Assembly: GCA_964035545.1 (NCBI GenBank)
Contig: OZ037766.1
Span: 17,571,081-17,635,080 of the forward strand
Direction: 5' to 3'
DNA length: 64,000 bases
Source: Bugula neritina
Taxonomy: Eukaryota; Animalia; Bryozoa
This document shows, one piece after another, positions 50,201 to 64,000 of this stretch. Numbering within the stretch: position 1 is the first letter of the stretch; each line of letters opens with the position of its first letter. The notes under the pieces are model-generated. The model was given only the letters and a program-made list of their open reading frames with translations. It was not told the origin of the DNA and did no database searches. The translations under genes and the position numbers were made by a program.

Positions 50201-53200
50201 TCTAAGTTCCTCAATACATTTGAATTAATTTCAATGTGATCAACCTAATACAGTGTCAGGTATTGCATTACATATATGTGCATTAAAATTGTATTTACAA
50301 TAATCTGGTTAGTATTATTTCAACTTGTTACAATTTATTTCAACTTCACCAGCTGACTCCTAATTCTCGGTCATATGCTAGTGTGAAGGTAGGTATGGCA
50401 TCTTGGGAATGGTTTTAACACTATTTTATCTGTTCATTGCTTTGAAGATGCATAGTGTTTAACACAGCAGCTAGTTGTGCTGGGTAGTTAGGGAACAACA
50501 ACTTCAGATAATTGTATTTCATCATATTTGAGTTATTTCTATAAAATATAATACTTTTTTCAGGAAGTTATCCATTGTAGTTTAAAATTAATGAATGATA
50601 ACACATTACTAAATCTATTTATATGACTGAGTGGCCTTATAGGTAGTTGGTTGCTAATACAGCATGATTTATAAGTTGCTGCGGTGATATTTGTTTAACG
50701 TCCTGCATGGCTCTTTCCAGACCGCTCTTTCAATTGATTTTTAAAACTTGTAATAATTTCTATGTTCACCATTGCTACACATATTTCTGAAACACTACAG
50801 CTTTACCTGTACTGCCTTTTTTATTTATCATCAAATATATATGAATATAGGGCAAGAAATAAAAATTGGTTTTCCTTGCTTTTTCCCTTTAAAATATGCA
50901 GTAGCTCGTGCTTTTGTTATGAGAATGGGCTACTTTGCCCTTAGCAAGTTACACTTGGTAGCTTAAAGCTTTTTTGCCCCCCCCCCCCCCATCAAATAGT
51001 TATCTACACATATATACATATAATAAACATTGCCTGTATATTTTTATATGATTATTTTGTGCATTTTAGGAAGCAAGGTCAAGTGCTGCAAATATATCAG
51101 CTAAGGCAGATTCTAATGCCCAAGAATTTGGTCTAGTGGATGCGTTACTGTCAATGAGTTACAGTGCTGTGAGTCGTTTTTATCATACGATCCTCTACTT
51201 TTTATATATTTGCATGCATTTGATAGTTTAGCAGTTCAGTCAAAGTTGGGAGAAATTGGTGAGACTACACTAAAAAGTTAATCTTAAGGTCTTACTGAGC
51301 TGGATGCCGGAGAGTGACTGAGTGTTATCTGGCTTAATTGAATATTTATTTTACTTTGGCCTTTTCATTTTTATGTGTTCACAGCTAAAAATACGTTAGA
51401 AAAATATTGTAAGCAATATTAAATTTGGAAGAATAAATACAGTCTCCTTTGTGTTGTATGTAGACAATAATTGGATGCTAATTTTGTGAGAAATAAATTA
51501 TATTAACATTGAATTTCTAGAGATAAAACATTAATAGAATTATTAAAAAATAAGTTGCAAAATTCAACAGAAGAGTAGGAGAAACTACTCATTGATGAAG
51601 CTATTAATAACTCATTAAAATAATGATTTCTGTGTTTAGGTGCTTTTCAAGCTATTCCAGACCAAGGAAAGAGACTTTTGATTAATTTATAATATTACGT
51701 GCACTGTTGTTGAATACAATGGGTTATTATGCTGGGGTACTGTATGTTTAGACAACCTAATAAAGAGATTTGGGGGGCTTTTATCACCTCACTCTTTCAC
51801 GTGAAGCAACTCTAAAAGCTGCAATTAATACAGCTTAGGATGTTCTTTTTTAACTTTAGGTTTGAAACTTAACAATTGGTTAGTACTTTGTAGGATAGTA
51901 GAGTAGCTATGAAGTGCTGTGAAGGTCTCATATTACTAACTAGTCTGCCTGAAGATGCAGCGGCAACAGCAATACTGGACCACACAAAGTTCTTGCATGA
52001 AATAACCACCTGGCTTAATACGGCCTATAATCATCTGCCTCGTAGCATTGACCCAGCTGTAGTGGACGGAGTGGAGGCAAGATGGGGGTAAACTTATGAC
52101 TTTATACGTTGGAAAATTTCTTCTCTGAAAATTATTGGCAACGCTTTGGGTGTACTTGTTTAATTTTTTCAATAGTTCCTGTGGCAAAAATGCCATTTTG
52201 GTTTTAAAACTATGCCAACTAATGATTTTCTACGCATTAAACATTGGTTTAAAGCCATAGTTTTCGATTAAATTCACTCTTTTGCTTTAGAATCGATCAT
52301 ATAAAGATGAGCGAGGCAGCGTTTCCTGGTCAGCGACACATAGTCAACTTTCTGTCTCTATTTGATTACTGTAATATTCTCATTAAAGAAGCACACTCAA
52401 AAATCTCAAAAGCTCTTGTCTTAGCTATACGAAAGCAGTTCCTTGAACCAGCTATGAAACCTGATCTTCTCAAAGAGTATGTTATTCCTTAATTCATTAT
52501 GAGCTAATAATTCATCGAGTTTTATGCTATAAACTAAAATGTAATTTACGTTGCTTATAAATATTGGTGATTTTTTCGCTAATACTTAGGCAATGCTTTT
52601 TAAGTTTTGAAAGTTACTACTCTCAGAAGATCTCATAAACTACCTTACCATGTTTCATAAACAATACTCAACTGATTCCATTATGTTCACATTGTAATAC
52701 TACTGGTAATGAAAGTTTTGCTTAATAAAATATATTTAAAACCAGCACATGTTGTATTTTTTATCAAATTATCTTGTAGCATATTATTTTCAGATATATG
52801 GCAACAGGTTTTGTTTATTTTATTATTTGTGATTTATTATTAATGCACTGTTTAATCTTTGTTTGACCAGTTCTGAAGAGCAGTTTATTGCGCCAACAGC
52901 GTATTTAGCAAAGGTTCTACAGTTTGTCAACACCGACCTACTAAATCAAGAAATGAGTAACTTTATATTTGAGGTGGATTTGAAGTCTGATCTAAGGTCT
53001 CTTAGTAGAACTCTCATTGAAAGATGTGATGATCCTTCAGAGATGGTGGGTACTGCAGTGCCAAGCTCAATACTTTACATTTGCACCCAGTAATGATATA
53101 ACAAGGATTTGTAAAAAGCCTCACTACTATAAGCAAGTATTTTTTGGGATATCAGAAAGTTCCATAGTTTAACTCGTAGTGTGGCTGTTGGAGCACTCAC

Positions 53201-56200
53201 ACTCAAGAAATACTTGTATGCAGGGCTCGTTAAGTCACAATCATAAAAACTGTTACATTCTAAACAACTTTTTTTTCACAGTTATCATGTGTGGTCAAAA
53301 ACACACCATACTATGCCAAATCTCCTAATTTTTGTACACCATCTGTTTAGGTTGGAAGTTTACATTTGAAGCTGTTTGACTCACTGCTACAGAAACCCTG
53401 TGAGGTGACGGTGTACGAGTTAGTAGCTAAGTATCTAGTCTCCAGGGCATATGCAGACCACTCTAAGCTTAATTCAGAAGAGAAAAGTGTTAGTCATACA
53501 GAAACCAGCATAAATACTCAACCCAGTCTTGCATCACCATCCCTGTCTCATCCTGGCACTTCTGTATCTCCAGGTGAAAAATGTTTTGGTTCATTTCACA
53601 AGAATTAAATGTTGATCTGTACATAATATTGTAAATGGAATTTTGGTTTAAATGGAGCTTATTATATAAAAGTTGAGTCATGCACATAAATAACAAAGAT
53701 ATCGTCGGTTTCCCACCAGTTTTTTAAGGTTTACTAAACAATTGTAAAGATATTTGCTAGGACTACTTTTTCACTTATTTGATTGGACTGCACACTTTTT
53801 GTCTTGGAGTAGCTTGCTTTTTAATTTTTCATCAGCTCACATGTATTTATCCTGTTTGTAAAGCGTAGCTACCATTTTGTAGGACTGTGGATACTGCAGT
53901 GTGTACATGGACAGAATCTCTTACTTGTAATGTATCATTTATCTTATAGATTTGGAGACTGAATACGCGCAACTATTTGAATGCAATAATGAAAATGAAC
54001 CTACCCCTGTCACCACTATTGTCAACCAGTCAGTATTCTGTCTTGTAACTATTAGTTGAAAAACTATAGTAGTTTTTAAGAGAAGATCCTAATTATTTTA
54101 AAGTTGTTCACTGCACAACTTCGTATTTTTGGATACCAAACATTATACCCTGGCCTATGTGTTGAAATGTTACTAACGCGTAGAACTTTGCTATAAGCCT
54201 TGATGCTGCCTCTCTGACTGCTACTATATCTTCAGTATTACTATAGTTGCATATCTGGTTGTTGTAGTTACTTGAACCTGGTACCTGAGAGCATCAAGTC
54301 ATCTTATCAGTTGGCTGACTCTGGCTACGAAGTCTATTTGAATGATGCCTGCAAGCAAGTATGTATTTACACGTGTTAATATAATATTGTGATTTCAGGT
54401 AATTTTGCTAGTATCCTTCTAGTTGGAAGCTGCTAAATTTTCTTTGTTTTAAATGCTTTACTGAATTGTACTCATGGACCTGTTGTAACGGTTACTCTGG
54501 CAAACTAAACTCAATAATGTGCTAAAAATGTCAATTGACTCGAAATATAATTTATTTCCAATAATGAAAATTATATTAATTATGTCTGCAGTCAAAGCTG
54601 AGTTCATGAAAAAGAAGTTATCAGCAGATTTGCTTGATTTACTTATGTCATAATAAATTTGCAAAATCACTTTATTTAGAATCACTTTCTAAGTTGTATG
54701 TTTTAACAAATGGATTTTTAAAAATATTTCGTGCACATATGTTTTCCAATGACTTCATAAGTTTAGGTGTTCATCTGCTCAACGATTGTAGCATCAGAGA
54801 AATACTGCTAATCATAACTGATTTACTATTCTCAGTTTCTCAATATACAGATTCATCATCAAGGTAGTTTAAATAAGTGTGCAGCACTGGCAATGTAGTG
54901 AATGTAAACTGTTACATGAAAATTACCCTGATCACTTTAGCTACGGAGTTTGACTCACTATATGCAAAAGCTCAGAGTTGCATGACTCTGATGAGCTCAT
55001 TGCAGTATCAATACTATGCATAGGTTTAGGCTTAGCACATTACAAAATGAAAACAAAGGTAGCTATTAGTTTTGTTTTACAACTATTAGCTTACTCAGTC
55101 TTGAAAATGCCGGATATTTTTTCTGGGATAATATTGATGTGGAATTTAAGGGGATAATTAAATCTATATGTCAGAAAGTGAATTATTTAAACTTTTATCA
55201 TAAGTTGTAGCTGATGATTATAATAAACACTATTTCCACTTTGAATTGTTTGCTTAGCTCAATATGCTATGAGTCAGTGCAAACAGTCCTCTCGTTCACC
55301 TTAGTTTAAACATATCTGTTCTCTTGGTTAAGGAACAATAGTTATCTACTACTAGACTGATTTTCAATGTGCTTTACTCATTCAATATGTACTGTACAAA
55401 GAGTTCATTTGTTGTGATCCTGATGTCTACTTAAATACTGCTGGGCAATTTTTGAAGTTTTTGTGCTGCTTGTATTCACTATTTTCTCAAACTCTGTTCA
55501 ATAATGACTATGGTTTAGTTTTCAGACATTAATCTCCTGTGTTCTTCTTGGGCTTGGTCAGCTGACTGCGCTCTCTTGCGAAATGAGGAGGAATTCTTTG
55601 AAGGGCCATTTCTTCGAATTCTTTTTGGCCGTATAGCCCAAATGACTGAGCAGGTTACTGTTTATCTCGTCTCAATCTTAGTTTTGCTTCTTGCATTTAA
55701 ATATTTGTTCCAATATCACCGAATCTCCTATATATATTGCGTAAGATAAACTCTGTTTTAACAGGTTTAAGTTTAACATAGCTTTATTGTCATTTTCACT
55801 TTATTAGTGCCTCATTTTTTTCCAAGTGCAGGATGCATTTGCATGGGTTTATGTTTTTTTTATAATAAATGAATAAATGTCACACAGCTTTTCCCTGTAG
55901 TAATCCTAATATCATTGTTGTAGTCATACAGTACCAATTTGCTATTGACCTCTCTAATATCTAAAGTCGCACTCCTGCCACATCAGAATATACACGAGTA
56001 TTTACTAGACCCATTTCTACCTATAAAGGAGGGTGTAACCAATCTTTGTACTGCCTTTAATGAGGTTTGTTATTCTTTCTGTATTGGTACCGCATGTAGT
56101 AAGTGTGAGCTTTAGACAGATTTAAAACAATCATTATATAGTAGTTGCAGGTGTGATGTTGTTTGTGTGTAGACTTGTAGGTTTATATGTTGTGATGGTA

Positions 56201-56794
56201 ATGTATATTCAGCATGTGTTGTGTATTATGAACTTATAAATCTGTTGTTTTGTATGTTGAAATTAATAGTCATATTTATAGTGTATTCCAATTTTTAATA
56301 AATTTTATATCTTGAACTATTTATAATCAAAATTGTAATATGTTATCTGTTAACTCCTAAATACCCTCTATTTTCAGCTGCTTAACCTGGTCACTGTTCA
56401 CTGTAAGAATTGTAAAGATATTTCTCAAAAGCTAATCAAAAAAAGAAACTTACTGATGGGTGTGTTTGGAGGAGACCTCAGGTAACCTTCTAGCATTGTA
56501 TTAGGTTTAATCAAAATGTCTTATGGGAGGATTTATTTTCTGCTACATACATGTGTGTGTATGTTTGCATGTGTAGTATTTCTTTGCTGTGTTATCATCA
56601 TAATATGCATTAATTAGCTAATATTTTTTCTTATAAAAGCCGTATATGCCATGCTAGATGGTGTGTATACTAATTTAATTTACAGTGACATCACAGCAGA
56701 CGAAGACAGATTTCTTGGTGCTATTATAGTATTAGAGGAGTTCTGCAAGGAGCTGGCAGCCATTTCCTTTGCTAAGCATCACATAATATTCTGA
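44248..56794 (+). CDS. FHIP2A: FHF complex subunit HOOK-interacting protein 2 (FHIP2A/FAM160B1-like), about 17 exons
   Basis: [15 protein letters not shown]|LAP...FHWKAVT...[19 protein letters not shown]...[24 protein letters not shown]|[10 protein letters not shown]; [11 protein letters not shown]; end [18 protein letters not shown]. Exons at about 44248-44292, 48951-49029, 49260-49429, 49563-49667, 49786-49908, 50353-50388, 51070-51168, 51894-52087, 52291-52477, 52871-53045, 53351-53572, 53950-54028, 54268-54358, 55527-55653, 55924-56064, 56378-56481 and 56686-56794. Probably co-orthologous to vertebrate FHIP2A and FHIP2B. Confidence 0.93.
45146..48911 (-). mobile_element. Degraded Academ-like DNA transposon, family B, in first coding intron of FHIP2
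   Basis: TAG...CTA termini (TAGTTTGGCAGAA / TTCTGCCAGACTA), imperfect TIRs of about 140 bp, 3-bp TTC TSD (45143-45145 and 48912-48914). Minus-strand remnants SRTAKL...[11 protein letters not shown]...FAAGNH...[16 protein letters not shown] (47392-47802) and XPG-like [13 protein letters not shown]...IGK (about 46340-46275). Confidence 0.8.
48015..48078. mobile_element. Solo terminus of the Charlie-like hAT family
   Basis: Reverse complement of 31253-31320 (...GTATGAAAAAGGTAGGGAACCACTG); no partner end found. Confidence 0.7.
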
Positions 56795-57780
56795 TCTTCA
56801 ATTCATGACTTGTATATTACAGCTTCATTATAGCATTAGCAGGAGACAACTGTTCTGGAAAGGCTGTAAATGGCTTCGATTTTAAATATTTTATTTTTTC
56901 ATGTCATGTTACTTATTTATAATTTAATATTGTAAATATACTATTTATGAAGTAGCATTATTATGAACATAGCTTTAGGAAGTTTGGACTGGAAATATTT
57001 TCCTAGTGTCATGCATCTGAAGTTATTTAATTGTTATTTATTTTATGAGCATTTTTCCCATTTATCCATCTTTAATTATCATATTTTCCAACATTTCCAG
57101 AAATTTAAAATATTTTCGTAATGCAATTGTAATATAAACAAACCACTACACTCTCAGGTGCTGTGATTTAAACATTAGACTGTTCCTTCATATGGCAAAC
57201 AGAAGTTTACTTATGTTGATGTACCTTGTTAATTTTTATACACAAGTAAATATTGCTGTTGAATAAATAATGTTTTTTGTGATGTTTAATGCTTATATAA
57301 TTGTTATTCATAACAGCTGTGTCTTTAGGAAAATTGACCAAAAGCTACGTGCTATAAATCTTTCATAGCTCTCTTTGGGCATAGAAATTAGCTAGGCCTA
57401 CAATGAAATTGCTGGCTTGGTGTTGAATAATACTAGGCTAAGATGTGATGAGCTTATCCTAAACTAGTTAGGCATTTTTAGTAATTTAGTAATAAACCAT
57501 GACATTGTGTTTTGCATCCTGTAGGCTATAGCTGAGAAAATAATATGGCTATTTCTGCAGATATAGTTTTTATCTATTTTTAAAAATTGTAACACTAAAG
57601 TATATGAAATGATATAACTGCATTTTGCAAAGCAATCACATAGATTAAAAACCAAAAGCAATATATATACCAATGAGGATAGGCATATAAAGCTCTGTTA
57701 ATCGGATAGAAAAACTACATATGCAGGCATTCCCATGTTGGTGTGTTAATGTAGTTTATTCAGTATTTCAAATCTATTAG

Positions 57781-60700
57781 TTATCTTCTCTTGAAGTAGG
57801 CTGCGCATCCTTCACATGTAGCCCCACACACATCACAGATGTTAACACTGCTGAGGTGGGAGCTGGAGTAGAAGATTGTTTGTTGGTTCTCAGGCTCATA
57901 GTAGTCATAAACTTTTATGGCAACAGGCCTAGCTTTAGCTACTAAACCGGTTCTAGCTGCATCAACTTCAATACAAGTCTCTTCTGCACCAAGCTAAAAG
58001 AATAGTCAATAAATTGCATTGGATAATGTTGCTGTAGCTTACACAAAGGCTACATGCATTTTACTTTGATATTAAGTGCAAAAAATTCATTTCACTTTTC
58101 TTTTAAGACTAATGTTTTAGTACTACTGAGAGCGGGTTGTGACGCAGAAAACTAACTACTTTTATAGAGTATATACTATAACATGCAAACCTCATCGAAG
58201 TAAATGATGACTTTCCGATTGCCCTCCTCTATTCTTTTGACTCCTTGGTAGTTTTTGAGTTCTAGTGCTTCAATATCTGCGCTGAATCCACTTGGTATTC
58301 CTATCTCTTTAACTGCCATGCCAGTAGTTCCACTCAACAGCCATCTACAATGTGACACAATTAGTTGTACGGAACAAAACATATATTGATATGAACTATA
58401 TGACTGCATCACTAGCAATAACAAAAGGTTTAATAAAAAAAATGTGTAAATATTTTATTAGCATAGGAAGTAGCAAATGTATACTGTGGGTTTCAAGATC
58501 TAAAGATTTTATTAGGTTGCTTGTTGTGTGAATAATTGTATAGTTATTTAGACACTAACCTGGTGCAAACACGGACAGTTATAGAGTTGTCTTTCTCACT
58601 TAGAACAGTAGCTATGGTATCAAATGCAGGTTCCTGCTCATACCCCTCAATATTGTATGTAACAGATACTTGAGCCAAGGCTATACCTGATCCGGTAGCA
58701 GAGATGGCAACTGATCTGACAGAAGAGTCCAGCTGCAAATAATAAAGGGAATAAAAGCTGACACTGAGTTCCAATCTCTTGTAATTTTATATGTTACTTG
58801 AAATTTGTTATGGGGCTGCAAATAGCTCAATGTGCCAAGTATAAAATCAATCACTAAATTTATGTTTCGGATGCATATTGGTCTATTTAATCTTGGAGCT
58901 GGTAATACTGCTTGAAACATGAAGTGCAAATTATTATATAATATATTTATTTCTTATACCAGAAAGCATCTGGTTAGCTATAGAGCCTTGTCAGATTTGA
59001 TCTGAACCATATAACCATGTTTTATTTTAAAATGAAAGCATGCTATTTTTATAAGAAGAAATTTTGTATGCTTTCAAGAATTTTTCATTTAAATTAATTT
59101 TTATGCCTACTTTGATGATTTAATTTATTATTCATTCTCTCCAATTAACAAATGGCTGAAATTTTTTGATTGTTTAGCAACTTTTTGAAGTCTAAAAATA
59201 AATTCCACTACCTAAGGATTTGAGTAGGTATATTTTTTCAACTTTTATTAGGCATAAAATTACCGAAAGTAATTTTGTATGGTCAACAGTCAACACTCCA
59301 CTCCTCAAGCCTATGTGGTTTTATTATAACTTAGTTTTACTAAGGGTATAAGATTTGATTTCTCTGGTACCAATATAAAACCAGTACATCAACTATAAAC
59401 TCACCACTCTGCTTTGTAGTACTAAGTTATTAACACTGGTGAGACTATAATCATGAGAGCTTGCTCCAGCAACTACATTGACTTTCATGTTGGTACTGCC
59501 AGATGCAACTTTAGCAAACTTAGCTAATGCCTGAAGTGCCACAACTGTGTCCTAAAATAAAATTACAAGATATAACAAAGTTCTGCAAACTGCAGGTGTT
59601 ATAGAGTCAGGCTGTTTATTAAAAAAGGATACACATTTTGTTTTGAATAACCAAGTAAGATTTTTAGTTGCCTTATAATAGAACTATATATAATAGCTGC
59701 ATGATACTAGAAACTCCTTTACTATTCAAAGCTAAATATCTCAAAGCAACTTTGATTGAAACATTTCCCAATTGAGCACTGTGCTTGATCAGATTGTTGA
59801 ATGAACTTACTTGAGTTGATGAAAATCCTCCATTAGCATTTCGTTGACCTGATATCCATTTAAGTATTGGAATGGCTGAAGTCACTCCAGATCTCTCCAC
59901 TTTCAGTTGGAGAACGTAGGCAGCCAGCTCAATGTTTACAGCCTTACCTTGTCTGTGTGGTGGTCTCCAGACCTTTGTGTTGCTCGCTGGTTCTGGCTGA
60001 GGTTGCTGCCAATACTGCTCACCATCTGTCCATACAAACAGCGCATATGGTATTACACACATAACATGCAGTATTACACACAAAATATACAATGTTAGCA
60101 ATTAGGAAAAAACTAATTTATGGCCATAGACTTTAGTCAAATTTAGAAAAACAGCTGCTCATAAAAGTAGTAGGTACTTCAGAAGAGTGATAGTCTGAAA
60201 ACAAACAAATAAATTTGCCTTTCCTTCATATAATGCTCTACATAACAAATAAGTACTGTAAATGCTTCTCACTCAGTTGAAGTACTTTTAAACTGCATAG
60301 TTTTTATACTTATATTTCAGAATATAAAAACTAATTATATTCTTGCAAATTGTTTTTTATAAACTATGACTAGTTGCCCAGAAGGATAATGCCTACTCTT
60401 CATTATAGCCAGCGCTTCTAGTGGTGCCAATGTGACATCTACATTATTACTGCCAGATTTAAAGAGAGCATATGATGCAACAGCTAGACTGTAAGGATCA
60501 CTAAGAGTGGAGGCTTGACTTTCGAGGTATCGCTGAGCATTAGCTTTAGCCGTGGCAAGTCTTGGGGCAATTTCTGTTGATCGTAATTTTACTTCCGATA
60601 TTGCAATCAGTACAAATGCTGTCAATGTTGTGGTGCTACTTGCACCACCTCCCTGTAAATTAAACATTGGTTGAAAAAACATAATTTTCATCCTACAACA

Positions 60701-63098
60701 TTTAATTAAAACAATTTATATTTCTTCTGAATTTGTTTTTTTGCTTCATAAAGTTTGTAGAGCCTTTGTAAAATAGTCTATACAAACCAGCATTTCCTTG
60801 TGAATAATTCGACCAGGTTCAGGAAAACTGCCATCTTTGTTTTGTCTGACAATAATCCAGTCAACAGCTTGCAAAATAGTTTCCTCGTCAACATAAATGA
60901 AATTTCTTGCTTGTTGGAAAGACTTGGCGACAAATGCTGTCAACCACATACTACCAGATGGATCCCTCTGTCCAAAGGCACTAAATGAACCATCTTTTCT
61001 CTGATAGGTCAGTTCTCGTTGATATCCTGTTGGTTGTTGTAAAGCATATAATTACTGCAATATATATAATTACTGTACTTATTTTTTAAATCGTTTTGGG
61101 TTGAGTTTTTGCTAAATCTGTTCAAGTGTGATCAATAATTTAATCAAACTGGCCCATGCACCAATTATACATACATTTGTTATAAAAATGGTTTGGAACA
61201 ATTTGCAATTCATAGAATTAAAAAACTGTTAGCGTGCAATTTACAGGTTATTTTATCTTAATTTGCAAACATTATTTTATCTATTGACTGAAGCCTTAAA
61301 TGGTTATCTAAGTCATGAGAAGTTTTATTTAATCTCATTCTTAAAACTATTCTGCATAAAATATTGTCTACATATTGCATGCAAGAATTATTGTTATCCA
61401 TTACTGTAGAAAAAGTACACATTATTCAATCATAAATCTATACAACATATGTTTATACATTTTGGAATTGCAACGCTGTATATAATGCTGTGTAATTGCA
61501 GAACGGAAACACATAATCTGTTATTGGGAAATATACTAAACCTTTCTCCATAAAACCAACACTCTTTGATTCAAGATCGGAGGTGAGCTGGTTTGTTTGA
61601 GTAAGGTACTCAGTAACAAATATTGTCGGAGCAAAGTTCAGCATGTTCTGTTCACCACAGCCATAAGGCATTTTAATTAGTTTGTCTAGACCATTTATTG
61701 ATGGGCCCATGATGTCACCTACAAACGTCCAGTTTAATTACAGCAAAAAGCTATAAGCTTCTACTATTAAGTTATCACACTATACATATTCACCATCAGT
61801 GAAGACCAATTCATGCCCTGCATGTACAACTAGAACATTAAATATTTAGTGTAGCTAAAAGGTAAACTATCAATCATTTATTTAAAAATGTCAATATAAT
61901 TGTTCTTACCAATGACAGAAAACTCAACTCTCGGGGAATCACTCACAACATCTGAAGGAAAGTCTATAGATATAGTTTTTTGGAAAGCGTTTGTGTCTTT
62001 CAAATCAATTAACACAGCCTGGTTATACTCTCTCTCCACCCCTTCAGCCTATTGGGGGTTTTAAGTAGTCATTAGATGATACACTAATTAACACAATTAT
62101 GCACTAATCTTTAGATAGTCATGATTTTTGACAGGGTTCAGCTTGCTTAAACAGCCAAGCAATATGGTTGAAACGATTTGTATTACAATGCAAGTAATTT
62201 TTATTCTTAATATATTTACATTTAACAATCCATATATAAACTTATTTAAAATTTATCTACTTACTGCTTTCAAAACTTTACAGCCACAAAAATAAGCCGT
62301 TCACACTTTGCATACTAACAAACATGGTACTTAGAAAATATTGACCATTATTGATGAGTTTCGAACAAGTTTACTGAGTGAGATAACTAAAAAGGAAAGG
62401 AATTCACCTCAACTAGTAAATCCCTCTGCACTGCATCAGCTGCCCCAGCTGTGACAGCAGTAACTTGCACTCTCATGCTACCAAGAACAGTTGGTATGAT
62501 AGGAAACGAAACGGTCGTCCCTTGATTTGCTTTGGCCTAAAAATCACAGCTATCCGATTTGAATATAGCAATTATTGTATATATTTACTGAGTTTAGCAA
62601 GAATGTATTTTAATTACACTTATATGGACTATATATATAATGTTTGAAGATAAGCATTAAGGTAAAATATTTTAACAATATTATTATATATCTGCTGTCA
62701 CGCGCATGCATTAGGATTACAAATAATTGTGGCAATTTAAAACTTTACTTCTTTTTTAAATCTGCTTTCTACATTATGTACAGTCTATAATTTTACGCTG
62801 CTTGCATTCTTGTTAAAATTTTCAGCTGGTTCTACCTAATCAAATTTCATATAGGCAGGCATACATACTGTTCAAGCCTTACCTTTATAGTAACAGTGTC
62901 TGTCTTTTTGACATTGGTTGTTGCACCAGAAGTGGAGACCAAGATAGACCTATACTCATCTGAAGCAGGTAGACTTACAGTAACATCAACATCTTTTGCC
63001 ATGTAATTAAATACTATTGCTTGGAGAACCAATTGTTCTCCTCTAACTACTGAGTAGGGAAGGTTGAGGGAAACAAAAAAGGGTTTGAATACCTGCAT
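57781..63098 (-). CDS. Thioester-containing protein (alpha-2-macroglobulin family, iTEP/CD109-like), 3' portion; gene continues past the window end
   Basis: Exons at about 63098-62883, 62537-62408, 62048-61910, 61718-61542, 61026-60788, 60652-60397, 60025-59811, 59551-59405, 58732-58560, 58344-58191 and 57993-57781. Motifs [45 protein letters not shown]...DGSFSAFG...[29 protein letters not shown] and VYDYYEP...ICDVC. Confidence 0.93.
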
Positions 63099-64000
63099 CT
63101 GAAATAAAAGATGAGTTCAATAGAGTCATCAATGCTATATACATGTGCAGCAACTAAAAGGAACAAATGATTAGCATAAATTGCTCTTTCTGAACGAATC
63201 AATAATTATTTATAAGCACTTTCTGAAAAAAATTCATGTGATATGACAACATATATTTCGTTTATGCAGCAATATTCTATGCAAGTCCAGTATTAAGAAG
63301 GCTTGATGCAGTGACTGCTGATATTTGAGAATATGTAATTTGTGAATCTTAGACTTGATCACCTATGCCACAAACTAAAATCATAAAATAGATTGGCTAC
63401 ATGAACTATAAACTCCATCTTGTGTAGAGGAAAAATAGTTTTGTAAATAAGTAATTATAGCAGCTTTAAACTTTGAAGTTTTTGATTGCATGATCTAAGG
63501 TCCATAGTCTTGATTTGTGCTGAAAGTGGTACATATTTACTTGTAGGTTATAATAGTTTATCTTATCAACAACTTGAATCAGTTAAAAGCTGTATTGAAA
63601 ATTTAGTTGCATATATTTATACCATGTGTCTAAGCTAGTAAAAATAGTCACCAAAGTAATATATGTTAAAGATACCAGTATGTCTTCTAAGCCATAAAAC
63701 AAATTGAATTTTATAACTTTGAAACTTTTACAATAACTTTTGAACAAATTGAACAACATTTTTATGCACATAGAAAAATAGAATGCTGGCACCTGATAAA
63801 ATATGTATTTCTATATTTCTACATTTCAGGTGAAGTGTTGGTCTTAGTAAATTTCTATAACATGAAAAATTGTACCTATGCATATTAAAAAGGAAGAAAT
63901 TTTTGTTTAAAACATCATTATACTTATGTTAATGTTTGTTTGTCTTAGCAAATAGTCATGTGGTTTTATCAACACTATAACAATGAAAAGGTTGCATACC

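Noticed and set aside
50977-50990. C14 homopolymer in a FHIP2 intron (possible G-quadruplex on the minus strand)
   Set aside because: An isolated homopolymer with no supporting context, and its length is error-prone.

Overview
AT-rich, intron-dense eukaryotic DNA from an invertebrate animal; the species cannot be determined from this window. No prokaryotic features (CRISPR, operons) were found. Five spliced protein-coding genes were reconstructed by eye. (1) SNX19-like PXA-PX-PXC sorting nexin (+, 472-8645). (2) A strongly divergent, domain-reduced vinculin-family gene (-, 22948-9812, 15 exons, about 592 aa). (3) METAP2 (-, 40576-28356). (4) FHIP2/FAM160B (+, 44248-56794). (5) The 3' part of a thioester-containing protein, iTEP/CD109-like (-, from beyond the window edge to 57781). 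Introns and intergenic DNA carry many mostly defective elements with readable termini and target-site duplications: PIF/Harbinger, ISL2EU-like, Academ-like (3), hAT (2), mariner, a MULE-type MITE, a fold-back MITE, tRNA-derived SINEs and a Gypsy RT fragment. The best novelty candidate is the 'mini-vinculin', which appears to lack most of the talin-binding bundle, D2, D4, the proline-rich hinge and the C-terminal arm, and has also lost the tail residues that normally contact D4. Next are a transposon rebuilt into a roughly 870-bp-arm fold-back inside that gene and a nested transposon stack in METAP2 intron 1. All homology calls come from recalled motifs, not database searches, and exon coordinates are manual predictions.
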